From the NCBI GenBank assembly GCA_030141605.1, contig JAQGDQ010000431.1, forward strand, positions 135,005-199,004: a stretch of 64,000 nucleotides of DNA, read 5' to 3'. Each line of letters starts with the position of its first letter. Within the stretch, counting starts at the first letter, position 1. Positions 39,946 through 54,115 of the stretch are shown here, piece by piece. Source of the stretch: Tubiluchus corallicola (lineage: Eukaryota > Animalia > Priapulida). The notes under the pieces are model-generated. The model was given only the letters and a program-made list of their open reading frames with translations. It did not search any database and was not told the origin of the DNA. Made by a program: the position numbers and the translations under genes.

Positions 39946-40517
39946 CGGATTTGTTGTTCAGGGTTCAATTTGATCTACCAAACAAAATTAAATTTGATTT
40001 GATCTATTATGTTGCTCAGCAGTACTGGTAATATAAGTGCGATGTGAAGTGAGGACAGAATCTAATGAAAATCAAGTTTTGTGCACAGACAGGGGCATCT
40101 GTATAGAAAACCAAGAAAGACAATGTGGTGCTTTATTTAATATGACTGCAAAACATTGCTGCAAAGAACATGTTAAACGGCAAGGTGAAGCAGCTGAAAC
40201 ATTCATAAATATCAGCCTAGAATTATGCCGCTTTAGTCTAGTTTATGTCCTGAGCTTGAACTGCACAACAAGATTTTTCACATTACTAAAGCAAAAATGG
40301 ACCATATTTCGTTGGAAGTTTGTAAACTTAAGTAGTATGAAGTAGACTAGATAAGGCGGGGACAAGTCTTTTTATTCAAATTGTAAATGAGGCATCGGTT
40401 TCCCGTTGCGCAAGATATATTTTGACACACTGAAGGGAGCTACCGCCATTGCATTGAATAAATAGGTACCTTTTACTAAAGTTTCTAAGTACTAAATCTC
40501 TCAAATGTGAATGGTAT

Positions 40518-41094
40518 GTGTGCTTGCAAAGCAAACCGTCCACAAGTCAGCATAGTTAAAGCTACGTTATGATGCCGTCCATTTTTCGTATTTTATAAAA
40601 ACAAATGCTAAATATATTGGACTTTAAATATTCTAGCATCAAATTATCAAGAAAGTGTTCAAAAAACGCTAAAAATCTAATTTTATAACTCCTTACCCAC
40701 TTTTCTGTCTAGAAACTAGTACTGCAATTGTAAAAAAACTCCTAGTTTCAAACTCCGATAGTCGCTCCTGGAAGCAGCCATTTTCTTTCAGGTTTCATTC
40801 AGCCAAGACCAGATCTTCATCAAGAACAGCCATCTACTGCATTTAAACACAACTTCAATGTGTTCTTGCAAAGTTCATAGCAACCAGTATTTATGCTGGT
40901 AATGGGTAACTTTAACAGTGATTTTCTCAAGATTATGTTTTTCAGTGCGTAGCCTCCACCTCAACTTTAACATGGATTATCTCAGCTTAGAAATATAGAG
41001 CGATCGGCTTGGTAACAAAATGATCCTCATGAAATGTGAATAACTAGAAAAACTTAATTGCCGACTTATGGACGACTTTGCTATGCAAGCACAC
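40518..41094 (+). mobile_element. MITE family F, best-preserved copy
   Basis: ~35-bp imperfect TIR GTGTGCTTGCAAAGCAAACCGTCCACAAGTCAGCA / TGCCGACTTATGGACGACTTTGCTATGCAAGCACAC. Confidence 0.85.
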
Positions 41095-41336
41095 ACTTAT
41101 AACACTAATTGTTCTTGGTGTTGAGTTTGTTTAGTCTGACACAGCACAGTCTTTTGCTGTAATTGCAGTAAGCTAGGGAATTTTAAGTGTGCAGCAATAA
41201 GGGATTACAATTTGAGAAAAATTGCAAAGTTATGAGATCAGCTGGTGCTTCACCACCAGAATTTACTAATCAAAAGCACTGTATCAACAAAATTAGTTGA
41301 CATAGGTATAATTAATCCTTTATTTCAGTTTTCTAG

Positions 41337-42377
41337 CTAAATATAAACTCTATTTGACAAGTTGTTCACCTCCTCTGTGGAAGTGGACGCTTGTTGAAAT
41401 GGTCCGTAATCGGTCTTTGGTAACGTTGAGTCACTAAAGTACAAGTCGCTATAGTTATGATTGGCTGTATCATCAATACAAAGATTGGTTACCGCGTATG
41501 GCGTTTCGTAAATATGCACATCTGGGTTAAGATTGGAATCCAGTGTTGGCCTTGGAGGTGTCAATATTTGCTCAGAATTCACATTTGCCACTTGTTCTGT
41601 TCGAGCTCGTCCGCTTGGGGGCTTCCCGACGACAGAGCCAGGTTTGTTTGTTCGACGACGGCGAGGACGGCTACCAGGAGACGACGATCGATGCCGCTTA
41701 ACCCGATGTCGCCGCGGATTATTCCCGTTGCTGTCCGTAGCGTAACGGCCGGTGTTGTGATTCAGTACATCGCCTTCCGGAACATTCTCCAACAAAGCGG
41801 GAAAGTCGCGGTCGCTTACGGTTCGCTTAATGGAGTTCTGATGGTCGCTGAATGAGCCCCGGTTCGAAAGCGGGAGAGACGCTAAACTTCTTGGATTCGA
41901 ATTTGACGATCTCACAGAAGAATTGTTATTTAAATTGTTAAACAAGCCATCATTTAGACTGCACTGACCACTAGAACAAGTCGTATATACACTACACGTA
42001 CATTCTGCGTAACAGTTACAAGGCGGGTGGCATTCACTTTGACTGTTAGTTCGACTACATCTTGATAAGTCGTTTGAGGTAGCACTATTACGTTTCTCGT
42101 TGGGCTCGTCATCACTTGCCATGTTTACACGCGAGTCACTGCCGCTAAGTAATGCCGACATGCCCAACTTCACTTTATTTCTCTGTTGACAGGACGACAC
42201 ACTTGGTTCCGGATCTCTGTGCTGGATAAGAGACGTACTATCACATGGTTCTGTATCGTCGTCAGTTGCACTGTGCTTGTTTAAAAGGTTTGTGCTGGTG
42301 TTAATCTCGTCTAGTTTAATACTGCTAGTCCTCCAGATGTAGTTGCGCATTGGTTTTCCATCTATGTACACCGGTAA
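41337..42377 (-). CDS. terminal coding exon of an unidentified gene (346 aa, Ser/Asn/Arg-rich, Tyr motifs, C-terminal RVYI)
   Basis: Only long non-repetitive ORF in the window; higher GC than its flanks; acceptor tgtttatgttgcag immediately before LPVYIDGKPMRNYIWR. Confidence 0.85.
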   Translation of the reverse strand, partial: LPVYIDGKPMRNYIWRTSSIKLDEINTSTNLLNKHSATDDDTEPCDSTSLIQHRDPEPSVSSCQQRNKVKLGMSALLSGSDSRVNMASDDEPNEKRNSATSNDLSRCSRTNSQSECHPPCNCYAECTCSVYTTCSSGQCSLNDGLFNNLNNNSSVRSSNSNPRSLASLPLSNRGSFSDHQNSIKRTVSDRDFPALLENVPEGDVLNHNTGRYATDSNGNNPRRHRVKRHRSSSPGSRPRRRRTNKPGSVVGKPPSGRARTEQVANVNSEQILTPPRPTLDSNLNPDVHIYETPYAVTNLCIDDTANHNYSDLYFSDSTLPKTDYGPFQQASTSTEEVNNLSNRVYI

Positions 42378-45300
42378 CTGCAACATAAACAATTAATAAA
42401 GAATGACAAACAAAGACTTTGTACCACGTAATTTGTGAATAACCTTTTTCAGCTTCATTATGCACACGCACAGTTGCTGTAGGTCAAAGGTTAAATGTAC
42501 CACAGGAATGCATCTTAATTACAAACGTCATGTGACATGTGGGTAAAGCAAATCCGTCTGCGGTACCAGTTCAGTAAACTTTAGTATTTTTATGTGGACT
42601 TTACTTAATTATGCAAAGAGTGATTTACTAGCAGGATCTTGCTTGGGAACAAGAAAAATGAACTAGGTAAAGTTCTAGCTAGCTATTAAAACTGTTACTA
42701 TTACAACAGCATAGGCTGCTCGACGTTGTCAAGTGCACACAGATGTGTTGTCTGGTACACTTAACCTTTCACTTTTTCACGGTCATCATCAATCGCTGGA
42801 CCTGTGAAAAAGCTACTGCTGAAGACGACCAACTGCTTCCTGTTGAAAAACAACAAACGCTGTTTACATCTATATGCAAGTTGTTTACTATACAGAACTC
42901 GGAAGCTGAACTCGTTCTTTTAAAGTTTGAAATATCAAACAACTGTCTTGATAACTAAGCGGAAGTGGTGCTGACACGCCATTGACATAGCATTGTTTAG
43001 CTTGTTTTTTTTGCTGTATTACTGATGTGCTTACCTATCTTAAGGGCAGAGTGCTTCTATTTTAGAATTCTGTCTGCCAAATGTGTATAATGGGCATATG
43101 ATGACAGTAATTCTTGGCCTTGATAAACATACCTAAAATTCAACTATAGCCTGTTATCTACTCTACTAGTAGATAATCTACTCTGTACTTATTTACAGTG
43201 ATGGTTGTTGTTAGGTTAATACGGTGTTTGGTTGTTGTTAAAATGCATCTAGTTTTTTAAACTATAATCATTCATTCATATATACTTGCATAACAGGTAC
43301 AACACCATACACATAATTATATATATATATATATGGTGTTGCACCTGTTATGTATATATATATAACACATACATATATATACATATACACATACATATAT
43401 ATATATATATACACATACACTATATATATATATATATATATATATGGATAGATATAGTTATTGAAATAAAAATTTGAATCAAACTGAACTGAATTGAATT
43501 GAATATCAAAATATCATATAAATTTTGGTTCTCATGTGTTAGGCAAAAATTTTGTATATTTCTCTGCAATTATGATGATAGTGCAGCATTATTAAGGAAT
43601 ATTATATATATATCCTCCTATATGTTTAAAATTTTGTTCATTATAGCTGATTTAAGAAACTCATAATTCCAACACCTGTTTAAGTTTTAAGTTATTCAGA
43701 ATTGTGCAGATTGAGTAGGCCTACCATTAATAACATTCATGAAAAGATAAGTCTGGCATAATAGAACATAAGCCTATAGGATTAGTTGATATAACCTGAC
43801 AGTTTTGTTGACAGTCACCTATCCATTTACTAAATGGAATTGCAAACTGTGCATGTAATAGCACATGCTACGTATGTATTATTCAAGTATGTGACGTTCC
43901 AGGTGACATTTCAGCTTACATGCTTTCATAAACAATTAATGCTTGATGAGTTTTAGTTTAAATTGCTACTACATACGCAAATAGCTACGACATGAATTTC
44001 TCGGGTGTAATGTGCTGCCCCCCGAGTCTGGATCCACCCATGGCGGACGTGGACACAAATTCCATTATAAGTCTGATAGACTCGATCATTTTTCATTTCT
44101 TGGGTTGAAATAACAAGGGCGGCTTCATGACAAACATGTCGGGACTTGTGTGTGTATAACACAGCTGGATAATTTCAGGATAACTATGTAAACACGTCAT
44201 ATTGGAAGTATCCCAGATCTTCCCCGAACTCAGCAAACATCAGTGACGCAACTTTGTTTTTCTTCTTGCTAAGTAATAGCACCCACGACCTGGCAACCAA
44301 CATGGCCACCACACAGCAAATAAAACTGATTTTTTTCTCATTTCATTGAAAATCGGGCTGCTGACAGTGACAAACAAGAGGCCATAGTAGGCGGATCTAG
44401 TTCAACACAAGGGTGGCTCGCTACACACGAAAAAATGGACCTTATTGGAAAATTTTGTTACAAAAAATTCGTCTGACTTAATAATTCCAAAAGAATTACT
44501 ATCTTACTGGTGTGACGTCATTCGTACAACACGCAGCAGCGAGGTGTTTTTGCTTTAACTGCGTTGTTTCCGCCCCGCGACGGTTTTGGAGCTGGATGAT
44601 GTCTGGCGATTTTCGATAAGTTTTAATAATTGCATTTTTTAGTGTTGACTTTGGCTTCTTGTCACATGTGCAGGAAGCCAGTGACACTGGGATGACACAA
44701 CCAATCAACTACACGCTTGCTCTTGTAATAGTTTCATATATTTTTTATTGATGCTTCTTAGTCCGTTGCGAATTTGAAGAAATTGCATTTGATAACTTCC
44801 GATATTAAAGATTCTGAGAAAGTTTCCCGTTGGGTGTTGTTCACACCACTGACGCGTTCACATCACTGACACATTCACAAAAGTCCAGAAATTTCTAAAC
44901 CGTGTTGACGTATACATCGTTTGAATGTACTTATTCCTTTAGCGGAATAAGGCCTTTTGGAAGTTCGGATGATGATGATCGTAAAATGGTCAAAGGTTAA
45001 ATGTACCAGACAACGCATTTGTGCCTCACAGCTCAAGCTGTTGTAATAGTAACAGTTTTAACAGGTAGCTAGAACTTTACTTAGTTCATCTTTTCTTGTT
45101 TCCCAGCAAGATCCTGCTAGCAAATCACTACGTACAGACTAATGCATAATTAAATAGAGTATACGTAAAACAAGTGAAGTTACTGAACTAATGCGGCGGC
45201 AGACGGCTTTGCTTTACCCACATGTCACGTGACGGTTGTAATGAAGACTCGTTGCTGTGGTACACTTAACCTTTGACCTGAAACAACTGCGCGTGCGCAC

Positions 45301-45669
45301 AACGAAGCTGTGAAAAGGCTTGTTAATGCAGAATATATGACCCGACCATTAAACTATATTAGAAATCTTCAAGGTAGAAATGGCAGCTGTTTTTCAACGT
45401 GAGCTATAACAGCTTTGCTCACAAGTTACGAGATGCCCATCGCTGCTTTAATGGAGACACAAATACAACTAGGCTAAATCGTACTCTAAGCTGTAAGCAT
45501 TATAATTTAGTTTCGATCTGCATCTTTCCCTATGAAGGTAATACATAAGTTTGTGATTTCACAATGATAGACTTGTCATTGTCAACTCCGTTGTTGTTCG
45601 TGAAATAAACTTCCCTTTTTATGAGGCCGCCCCCGTATCTTAAACTTACTTCTGGCACCCCTGTCGATA

Positions 45670-46030
45670 GGGATAACTTATCGGTATCGGCAGTTCTCGC
45701 TATCATGGCTATGGGCAATCTCGGTAACGTCGTTAATTTATCGGTATCGGTAATTCTCGTCGTTAAGTTATCGTTATTGACAACTCGGTAACTCCTGTAT
45801 TCATCGGTATCAGCAAACTCGGTAAAACATGGTTAATTTATCGGTATCGGTAATTCTCAGTTACGTCGTTAAGTTATCGGTATTGACAACTCGGTAACTC
45901 CTCTATTCATCGGTATCAGCAAACTCGGTAAAACATGGTTAATTTATCGGTATCGGTAATTCTCGGTAACTCATCGCTATCGGTAATTCTCGGTAATATG
46001 GTTAATTTATCGGTATCGGTAATTTATCAG
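45670..46030. repeat. complex ATCGGT/CTCGGTAA tandem repeat
   Basis: TTATCGGTATCGGTAATTCTC reiterated, with a duplicated block of roughly 110-120 bp. Confidence 0.85.
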
Positions 46031-47625
46031 TAAAAAGGTTGCGTGCCGCTTCGACGCATTCGGCTTCAGGTTGCGTGCAGGAAGCGACACAGATCGAAGT
46101 CACTCGCGGAAGCTGAGCCTCAATAATCCCTTTATCTCTGCTCATTGATATGTAAATGAGCGTTAAGAAAAACTTAAAAGGAGTCATTTATTATCTTGCT
46201 GAACAGTTGGAATGACCCTCGTGTAGCGAGCGGATCCAGGATGAGGTTGTCAGAATGCAGGGATTAGTATGTGGAGCATCAAATTTCATTTCAATGCTGT
46301 CTGCCATCAACTGATTATTTCCATTATTTAATAACTTATCGAGACCACAGGAGGGGTTGTATCACTGAAAAATAACCAGACAAAGGGGGTTGTTTGTACT
46401 AAAATGACATGAATCCGCCACGGCACAGATGCTGTTGAATGATTGAAGACGGAAACGTGAACTGAACGGGCAAAGAGACGGAGATAAGACGGATACGGTT
46501 TAATACCATCTTTCATACAGGCACGCAGAAAACTAATCAAATAAGTACGCCATGGACGTCGAGTCAAAAAGTTAATTGCACGAAAAAGGAGAAAAGGAAA
46601 GCGGCTAAAGAAAAGAGGTGAAATTTCACGCCTGAGATCAAAGTACCGGTTACTGGAAGATGAAGAAACTGCTTAAATGGCAAAAGCTATAAGCAGGTAA
46701 AAGGTTTTCCAGCGCTGGGTTAAAGGAAAAGTCAAGTCTTCTAATGAGTAAGGTTTATTTCAATGTTCGAAAAAACGCTAGAAAGATTTAGTAATAAAAC
46801 TGCAATAAGCGCCTCGTGTAATTAGTAAAATCACTTTAAAGTCGCGATCATTTCATGTTTGGACGCTTCCATTTTCAATGCCCATTCTTCTTCCAATGAC
46901 GTCATTCGTCTCGAAGAAAAGTAGTGCACTGTCAATCTTCACCAAAAGTAAAAAATTTTATAAAAAAATAGACGGACGGCTAATTTTGTAATATTTTTGC
47001 GTGAACATTAGGTAAGCTGCAAAAGTTTGAATTTGTTTAAGCAGCGCGCGCTTACGAAAACTCACGAAGTCTCCCAGTTACGTCATGATATTCAAGCGAA
47101 TGGCAGCAACCACCACGCGTGAAAATTTCTATTCAGAGGTTGCATATTATAAATTATACTTTATAGGCAGTTCTTTGCAATTTTTTTGTTATATTTTTCT
47201 AAGTTTAAGGGCTAACAGTAAAATAAACCCAACAAACTGAGTGACTTGTTCTTTTCATTAAAGGAAAACCGGATGATTGTGTAAACATTAGTTCAGAATA
47301 AAGAATGCTCTAAAAGCACAACAGCTTTTTTTAAATCAAAGCTTAGATTAAATAATAATTATCTCGGATACTCAAATTTTGTTAAACTTTCAAATCTACG
47401 CGTGGCTCAGTGAATCTACTAAGATTGGCAACGGCGCCTTTTTGTCACATGCACATAGCCGACAAATTCTCCTTTAGGCAAGAAAAGGCTAGGGGCTTCA
47501 TCTATGATTCCATTCACAAACCCTCACAGTCTCACAAAGAAAAAGCTACGTACTGGTCTACATGAAAATTATTACCGTGTGAACATAGAGCCTGGCTCTA
47601 AGTAAAAATCAATACTTATACATAC

Positions 47626-47719
47626 ATCTGACATGGATGTTTTATAATGAATGGAACTTGTGCTTTGAAGTCTTGGTCCCTGGATTTCTGTTGCTGTCAT
47701 TCTTTTTCGTCGTTTTCTC
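47626..47719 (-). CDS. penultimate exon of the same minus-strand gene: RKRRKRMTATEIQGPRLQSTSSIHYKTSMSD
   Basis: ttttttcag acceptor and GAT|gtatgt donor; open frame ending in phase 0, compatible with the exon starting at 42377. Confidence 0.65.
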
Positions 47720-47754
47720 CTGAAAAAATGGTAGAAAATAAATCATTGGATCGT

Positions 47755-48312
47755 ATGAAAACAAGAGAACACCAACATTAAAACAAGACAACAGCAGCAT
47801 GAAAACAAGAGACCAGCAACATTAAAACAAGACAACAGCAGCATGAAAACAAGAGAACAGCAACATTAAAACAAGACAACAGCAGCATGAAAAAAAGAGA
47901 ACAGCAACATTAAAACAAGAGAACAGCAGCATGAAAACAAGAGAACAGCAGCATGAAAACAAGACAACAGCAGCATGAATACAAGAGAACAGCAGCATGA
48001 AAACGAGAGAACTGCAGTATGAAAACAAGAGAACAGCAATATGAAAACAAGAGAACAGCAGCATGAAAACAAGAGAACAGCAATATGAAAACAAGAGAAC
48101 AGCAGCATGAAAACAAGAGAACAGCAGCATGAAAACGAGAGAACTGCAGTATGAAAACAAAAGAACAGCAACTCTCTGCTGTGAACTAGAACAGCAGTAT
48201 GAACAAGAGAACTGCAGTACGAAAACAAAAGAACAGCAACTCTCTGCTGTGAACTAGAACAGCAGTATGAAAACGAGAGAACTGCAGTACGAAAACAAAA
48301 GAACAGCAACTC
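47755..48312. repeat. 22-bp minisatellite next to the 47719 acceptor
   Basis: Unit ATGAAAACAAGAGAACAGCAGC. Confidence 0.95.
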
Positions 48313-49448
48313 TCTGTGGTGAGCTACATGGAAATCTTCTCAATACTGAGCGAGTTTGTTGCTCTCATTAATAATGACTTCAAAGTGAAGTTAGGGTGGC
48401 TCAATTATCAAAAGAAAAGGCAGATAAGGGAAGAAAAGAAGCCAGCGGTTTCAAGAACCAGCTCTCCCGCGTTGAAAGATGAGAGGTTAAAACAAGTTTT
48501 CTGATCATATCCAGGGACAAAGTGTGGAAATAATCAACCAAACGTACTCACAACTTCATTAAGCAAAATATTGTTTATAATTTCTTTAAAACACTGAGGG
48601 TACAACTGTCTACCATCTCAAAAAATCTTGTCACAATGTTTTGACAAGACTTTTGCAAATATAGGGACAATATTTAAAATTAAAGAATATTACACACGTA
48701 ACACATTGCACAAAATTTACCAAAGGTCAATTTGCTACGAATTATCAATCGACGTGGAATAAAATGAAGACAAGACTTATACAATGCCTTCTCTTATTAC
48801 ATATGATTCAACTAGAACATTCAGAAAAAAGTAAGAGAATGCCAAACATATAATTTTAAAACGCTATCAAATTTGTAAAGAAGTTAAATAATTAATACAT
48901 AAATTGATTAAATGATATTATCCTCATGTAGCAGTCATCGCCATCATCGCTATCGCTATCACCATCATCATTATTATCGTCATCATCATCACCTCCTCAT
49001 TATCGACATTGACTTCACTGTCATCATCACAGTTACAATCGTCTGATTGTCGTTGTTACTCTTAGCTTGTCACCATTGTCGTCACCATCATTGCCATCAT
49101 TATTGACATTGATACATCACTACCATCATCACTACAATCGCCTGATTGTCGTTGTTACTCTAAGCTTGTCACCATCGTCATCATCATCATCAGCATCATT
49201 ATTTACATTAACACCACTACCATCATCTGATTGTCGTCGTTACTTTAAGCTTGTCATCATCATCATCATCGCCACTGTCAATATTAACCTGACGACACAA
49301 CACAAACAGTCTAAGTATTTTATTCTAATATCAATTTTAGAACACCAGCTTTCAGTTATAAGGGAATAAGCTGTAAAAAAGAGACTAAATAAAACTGGAG
49401 AAGCCAAATTTGTGTTAACAACAAACTTTACGTTACTGGGCTTCAATA

Positions 49449-49828
49449 AGCCTTTTCACAGTTTCGTTGTGCGCACGAGCAGTTGCTGTAAGTCAGAGGT
49501 AAGTCTGCCACAGTAACGCGTCTTAGCTACAACCGTCACGTGACATGTAGGTAAAGCAAAGCCATCTGCCGTATCAAATTACTAGCTTCAGTTGGTGGAC
49601 TTTACTTAATTATGCATTAGCATGTGTATAGACTGATTTACTAGCAGGATCTTGCTTAGGAACAAGAAAAAATGAACTAGGTAAAGTTCTAGCTAGCCGT
49701 TAAAACTGTTACTATTACAATAGCATGGGCTGTGAGGCGTTGCCAAGTGTACACAAATGTATTGTCTGGTACACTTAACCTTTGACCTTTTCACGATCAT
49801 CTTCAATCGCCGGACAAGTGAAAAGGCT
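49449..49828. mobile_element. MITE family E copy
   Basis: CAATAAGCCTTTTCAC...GTGAAAAGGCTTATTG perfect inverted ends. Confidence 0.88.
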
Positions 49829-50576
49829 TATTGTAGGTGCAAATAAAGAAGTAACGAAGCTTGGTGTAGCTTGTGTATAATGTGGTAATGTCATTAACAG
49901 TGATGGATGACAAGCTGGCGTTCATTTCACTCTCCACAGAAACCATTTGAATAGAAACGATCCCAGTCGGCTGAGATCAGCATTGATAAATCGACTGTTT
50001 TCTAAAACCAGCCAACTCTTTTGTGTCTTCCCCATAAAAAATGAATGGAGTTGTCGCACTGCAGTTTCTTGAATAATTGGATGTAACGTCGTTGCAGAGT
50101 TTGGAGCTAAACTGCATTACGCGTCCACATCCTTCTTAAAGACATTCTCGGCTGGTCACGTGATGCATTACGACGGCAAAGAAAATTCAAAGACCGGCTA
50201 AAGCACAAGATAAGATAGCCGTGCTGTCGTGGCCTGTTGGCTTCTTTGTGTACTTTATCTTCTTTACTCAACTTGGCTTCAGTTTGGATGAAAGTAAGCA
50301 AATGTTGACAGCCAAGAATAAAGCAACTAATGACAAACAGAAAGAGAAAATAAAAAGAAAGAGAGAGAAAGAGTGATGGAAAAAGAGACAGAGAGAGAGA
50401 CAGAGACAGAGAGGGAGAAAAAGAAAGAGAAATTGATGGAGGAAGAAAGGGGGAAGAGAGAGAGAAAGAGATAGAAAGAGACAGAGAGAGAGAGAGAGAT
50501 AGAGATAGACAGACTAAGTCTTTTTATTAAACAATAAATGCATTGTTTCCCCTCTATTTGCAGGGGTCAGAGACAG

Positions 50577-50644
<68 letters not shown>

Positions 50645-50669
50645 AGAAATTGATAGAGAGAGAAAGGGG

Positions 50670-50700
<31 letters not shown>

Positions 50701-50737
50701 CGAGCGAGAGAAACAGAAATTGATAGAGAGAGAAAGG

Positions 50738-50780
<43 letters not shown>

Positions 50781-53349
50781 TTTAAAATGAATCAACAACA
50801 GATATATATATCCCCAACACAATAAACTGGGATTCTCCAAAGTTTAGACAGGCTGAAAACTGGAAGACCTATTCTCTTATTATCATTATAAGTAACTCCT
50901 CATTTCTGACCAACTTTTACGACAAAAAATAAACATGATTTCTTGTCACGAATGAAGAAACTAATATAGATTTGGAAGCGTTGCATCTTCTTCCTTTTTC
51001 ACGCACTGCAAGCGAATCGTGACACTTAGAGAAATTTCCACGCCAAGCGACATTAAACACCTACGAAATGACGACGTTAAACGCAATTAATGTCCAGCTT
51101 AATAGTCAGTCCGTCAAAAATCAATTCAAGTGAAATGTTAGCGCACTGAGCAGTGTTGCTATTCGTTCAACCACAAATATCCAATATTACAACGGGCAAC
51201 AGTTGAGACTTAACACAATTACTGCAATTACAATAATTACAATACTTACTATTACAATAACGTATTAAAGGAAAACCGTGCAATTGTGTACACATTAGTT
51301 CAAAATAAGGTATGCTCCAAAATAATGAATATTTTCAACAGCAAAAATGTTCCACAAGCGTGTTACACGTGTTTGCGAAAGAGAAAATTGATGTACAGTG
51401 CTACTGTACGAAATTCAGTGTGTTGCATTAAAACTAGGCAAATTTTAAGGTAAAAACTCTAAATTCAAATTTACCGCTGTGCTCACGCATGAGCTGTCGA
51501 GCGTGTGTAGTTCGTCACAAATTAACACACCTGAAGTGAGAAGTACAGCAACTGTTTTTGTGCAATGCTTTCCCAAATGCAGGCGCTAGTGCCCGTCTAA
51601 CTAGCGAATGGCGAAATGAGTGTAACAGCGAAGAACTAGTGGCGCAAACGTGAAATTGTGTTTGTGTGGTAATAATTCTTTCACGTAAGTCATTTTTGAA
51701 AAAATAGTATGTTTCCTTTCAATATTGTAAAGAGTAGATTGTTTTGACCTACAGTTTAACATTGGGTCCGGTTTTGCTTTAACTGTGTTTTACTTCTTAT
51801 GGTGTAAGATACTTACTGCATTGTACTAAAACTAGACAAGTTTTAAGACAAAAATTCAAACTTCAAATTTTCCGCTGTGCTCACGCATGAGTTGTCGAAC
51901 ACGTGTATTTCGTCACAAACTAACACATCTGAACTGAGAGGTACAGCACCTGTTTTTTTTGTGCAACACGTTTCACGAAATTGCCTGTCTAATTAGAGAA
52001 TGGCAAAATGCATGTAACAGCGAAGAACTAGGGGCGCAAACGTGAAATTATTTCACGTAAGTCATTAATTAAAAAAATTGTGTGTTTCCTTTCAATATTT
52101 TAAAAAGTGGATTGTTTTGACCTACAGTTTAAGATTGGGTCTGGTTATGTATACATACAAGGCATTTTTGCTTTTTTCTTTAATTATTTTTATGCTTTTC
52201 TTGTTTTCACTTTTTTGTAAAATAATGTTACCAAAGTGTTTTCATTTTGCATTTTCAGTGTGAGCTGAAGTTGCCATGACGACCAGTACAGATGACAACA
52301 AGTGATATCACCCATTTCCAGCATTACAATTTTGATTTATGTATTCGAATCTGTTTACGTTTTGCAGTTTTTCATGTCCAGGCATATAATTTAATTGTAC
52401 TTTGTTTTGTATTTTTGTTTCCTCGGTTACCATAGCCTGTCAGGATGTGCATTAGTATGTTTTCACTTTAGTCATTTTTGAAAAAAATAGTATGTTTCGT
52501 TTCAATATTTCAAAGAGTAGACTGTTTTGACCTACAGCTTAAGATTGGGTCCGGTTTTCTTTTAACATGATAAAATGTTACAAATGGATTTCGAAAAGCA
52601 AGGACAAATTGATTATTGTTATTTTTTATCAAAGAACAACTTGAGTTTTCCGAGAACACTCCAGACATGCAAACTTGATAAAAGTCTCACACTTGCCACC
52701 AAACTCACTTTAACAGAAGAACTACACGAGGGAGATATCTTTCTCAGTTTTTATGATGCAGACCTCGCGGCAATGCAGAAAATAATGGAAAAGAAAAAAC
52801 CTCAGACTAATTAGATTTGAGGCAGTGTCGTCAAAAACGGGTCGCAAAAACCTCATGCGTCTGATATGGAAGGAACGTCAATACACATCCACGTCTCACT
52901 GAAGATATCGAGGGATATTCATGCATACCAAGCATAGGGCACACAGTTATTAATTATTGCATAAACGTGTCTTCATCGTAATAACAGATAAATGCAATTA
53001 TGCTGGCATGCGTGGTCAATTCATCAGCTACCAAGGGTTTGATTGATTACTGTAAAATGGGCAACTACGAATCGCAAGGAGACAGATATTACGTAAGATT
53101 GAAGCTTATGATATACGCTTGACAGCATTTATGTTTGATTTTCTGATTATTAATTGTTACAGTAGCTTATAATAATTACTATGGAAAAGCGTGACTCAAG
53201 GTTTGCATGATAGGAACATGTAGACAGCATCGTAACAGTTCTAAATGAAGCTGTTCAACTCGTGTTTAACAAAGGCTTCAACAAATGGCAAGCAACAACG
53301 ATCTGCAAGCCAACGTTTAAAATAAAGTACAATTTATGTTTCGTGCTTT

Positions 53350-54115
53350 GTGAGGAGAGGAGAAAGTTGAGGAGAGGAGAGAAGGAAAGAGAAGAGGAGA
53401 GCAAGGAAGGGAGACAAGGGAAGAGAAGAGAAGGAAAGGGAAGGGACGAGAGGAGAAGAGAAGGGAAGGGAAGGGAAGGGAAGAGAAGGGAAGGGACGAG
53501 AGGAGAAGAGAAGGGAAGGGAAGGGAAGAGAGGAGAGGAGCGAAAAGAAAAGAAGGGACATGACGAGACGAGACGAGCATAGCAGAGAACAGAAGAGAGA
53601 AGAGAAGAGAAGGGAAGAAAAGGAAAGGAAGACAAGAGAAGAGAGGGGAATGGAAGGGAAGGGACGAGAGGAGAGGCGAAGAGAAAAGAAGGGACATGAC
53701 GAGACAAGACGAGAAGAGCACAGCAGAGAACATAAGAGAGAAGAGAAGAGAAGGGAAGAAAAGGAAAGGAAAGGGAGACAAGGGAAGAGAAGAGAAGAGA
53801 AGAGAAGGGAAGGGAAGGGAGACAAGGGAAGAGAAGGGAAGAGAGGAGAGGCGAAGAGAAAAGAAGGGACATGACGAGACGAGCACAGCAGAGAACAGAA
53901 GAGAGAAGAGAAGAGAAGGGAAGAAAAGGAAAGGGAAGAGAGGAGAAGAGAAGAGAAGAGAAAAGAAGGGACATGACGAGACGAGCACAGCAGAGAAGAG
54001 AAGAGAAGAGAAGAGAAGGGAAAAGAAGAGAACAGAAAAAGAAGAAAAAAGAGAAAAGGGAAGGGGAGAACAGAGCAGAAGAGGAGAGAAAGAGGAGAGA
54101 GAAGGGAAGAGGAGT
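53350..54115. repeat. polypurine tract with 4 embedded GGGACATGACGAGAC units
   Basis: (AGAAG)/(GGAAG) pentamers in higher-order repeats. Confidence 0.9.

Noticed and set aside
41457-41855. Plus-strand ORFs overlapping the terminal exon
   Set aside because: Antisense shadow of a GC-richer coding exon
42818-42852. CTGAAGA...hairpin hammerhead-like word (also CTGATGA at ~57677)
   Set aside because: No correctly placed GAAA core or stems I/III
43990-44290. Possible minus-strand exon (acceptor at 44290; WD40-like GKIWDT..TCLH or TIR-like YDVF words)
   Set aside because: All three frames hit stops, no matching donor was found, and the motifs are too short to be significant
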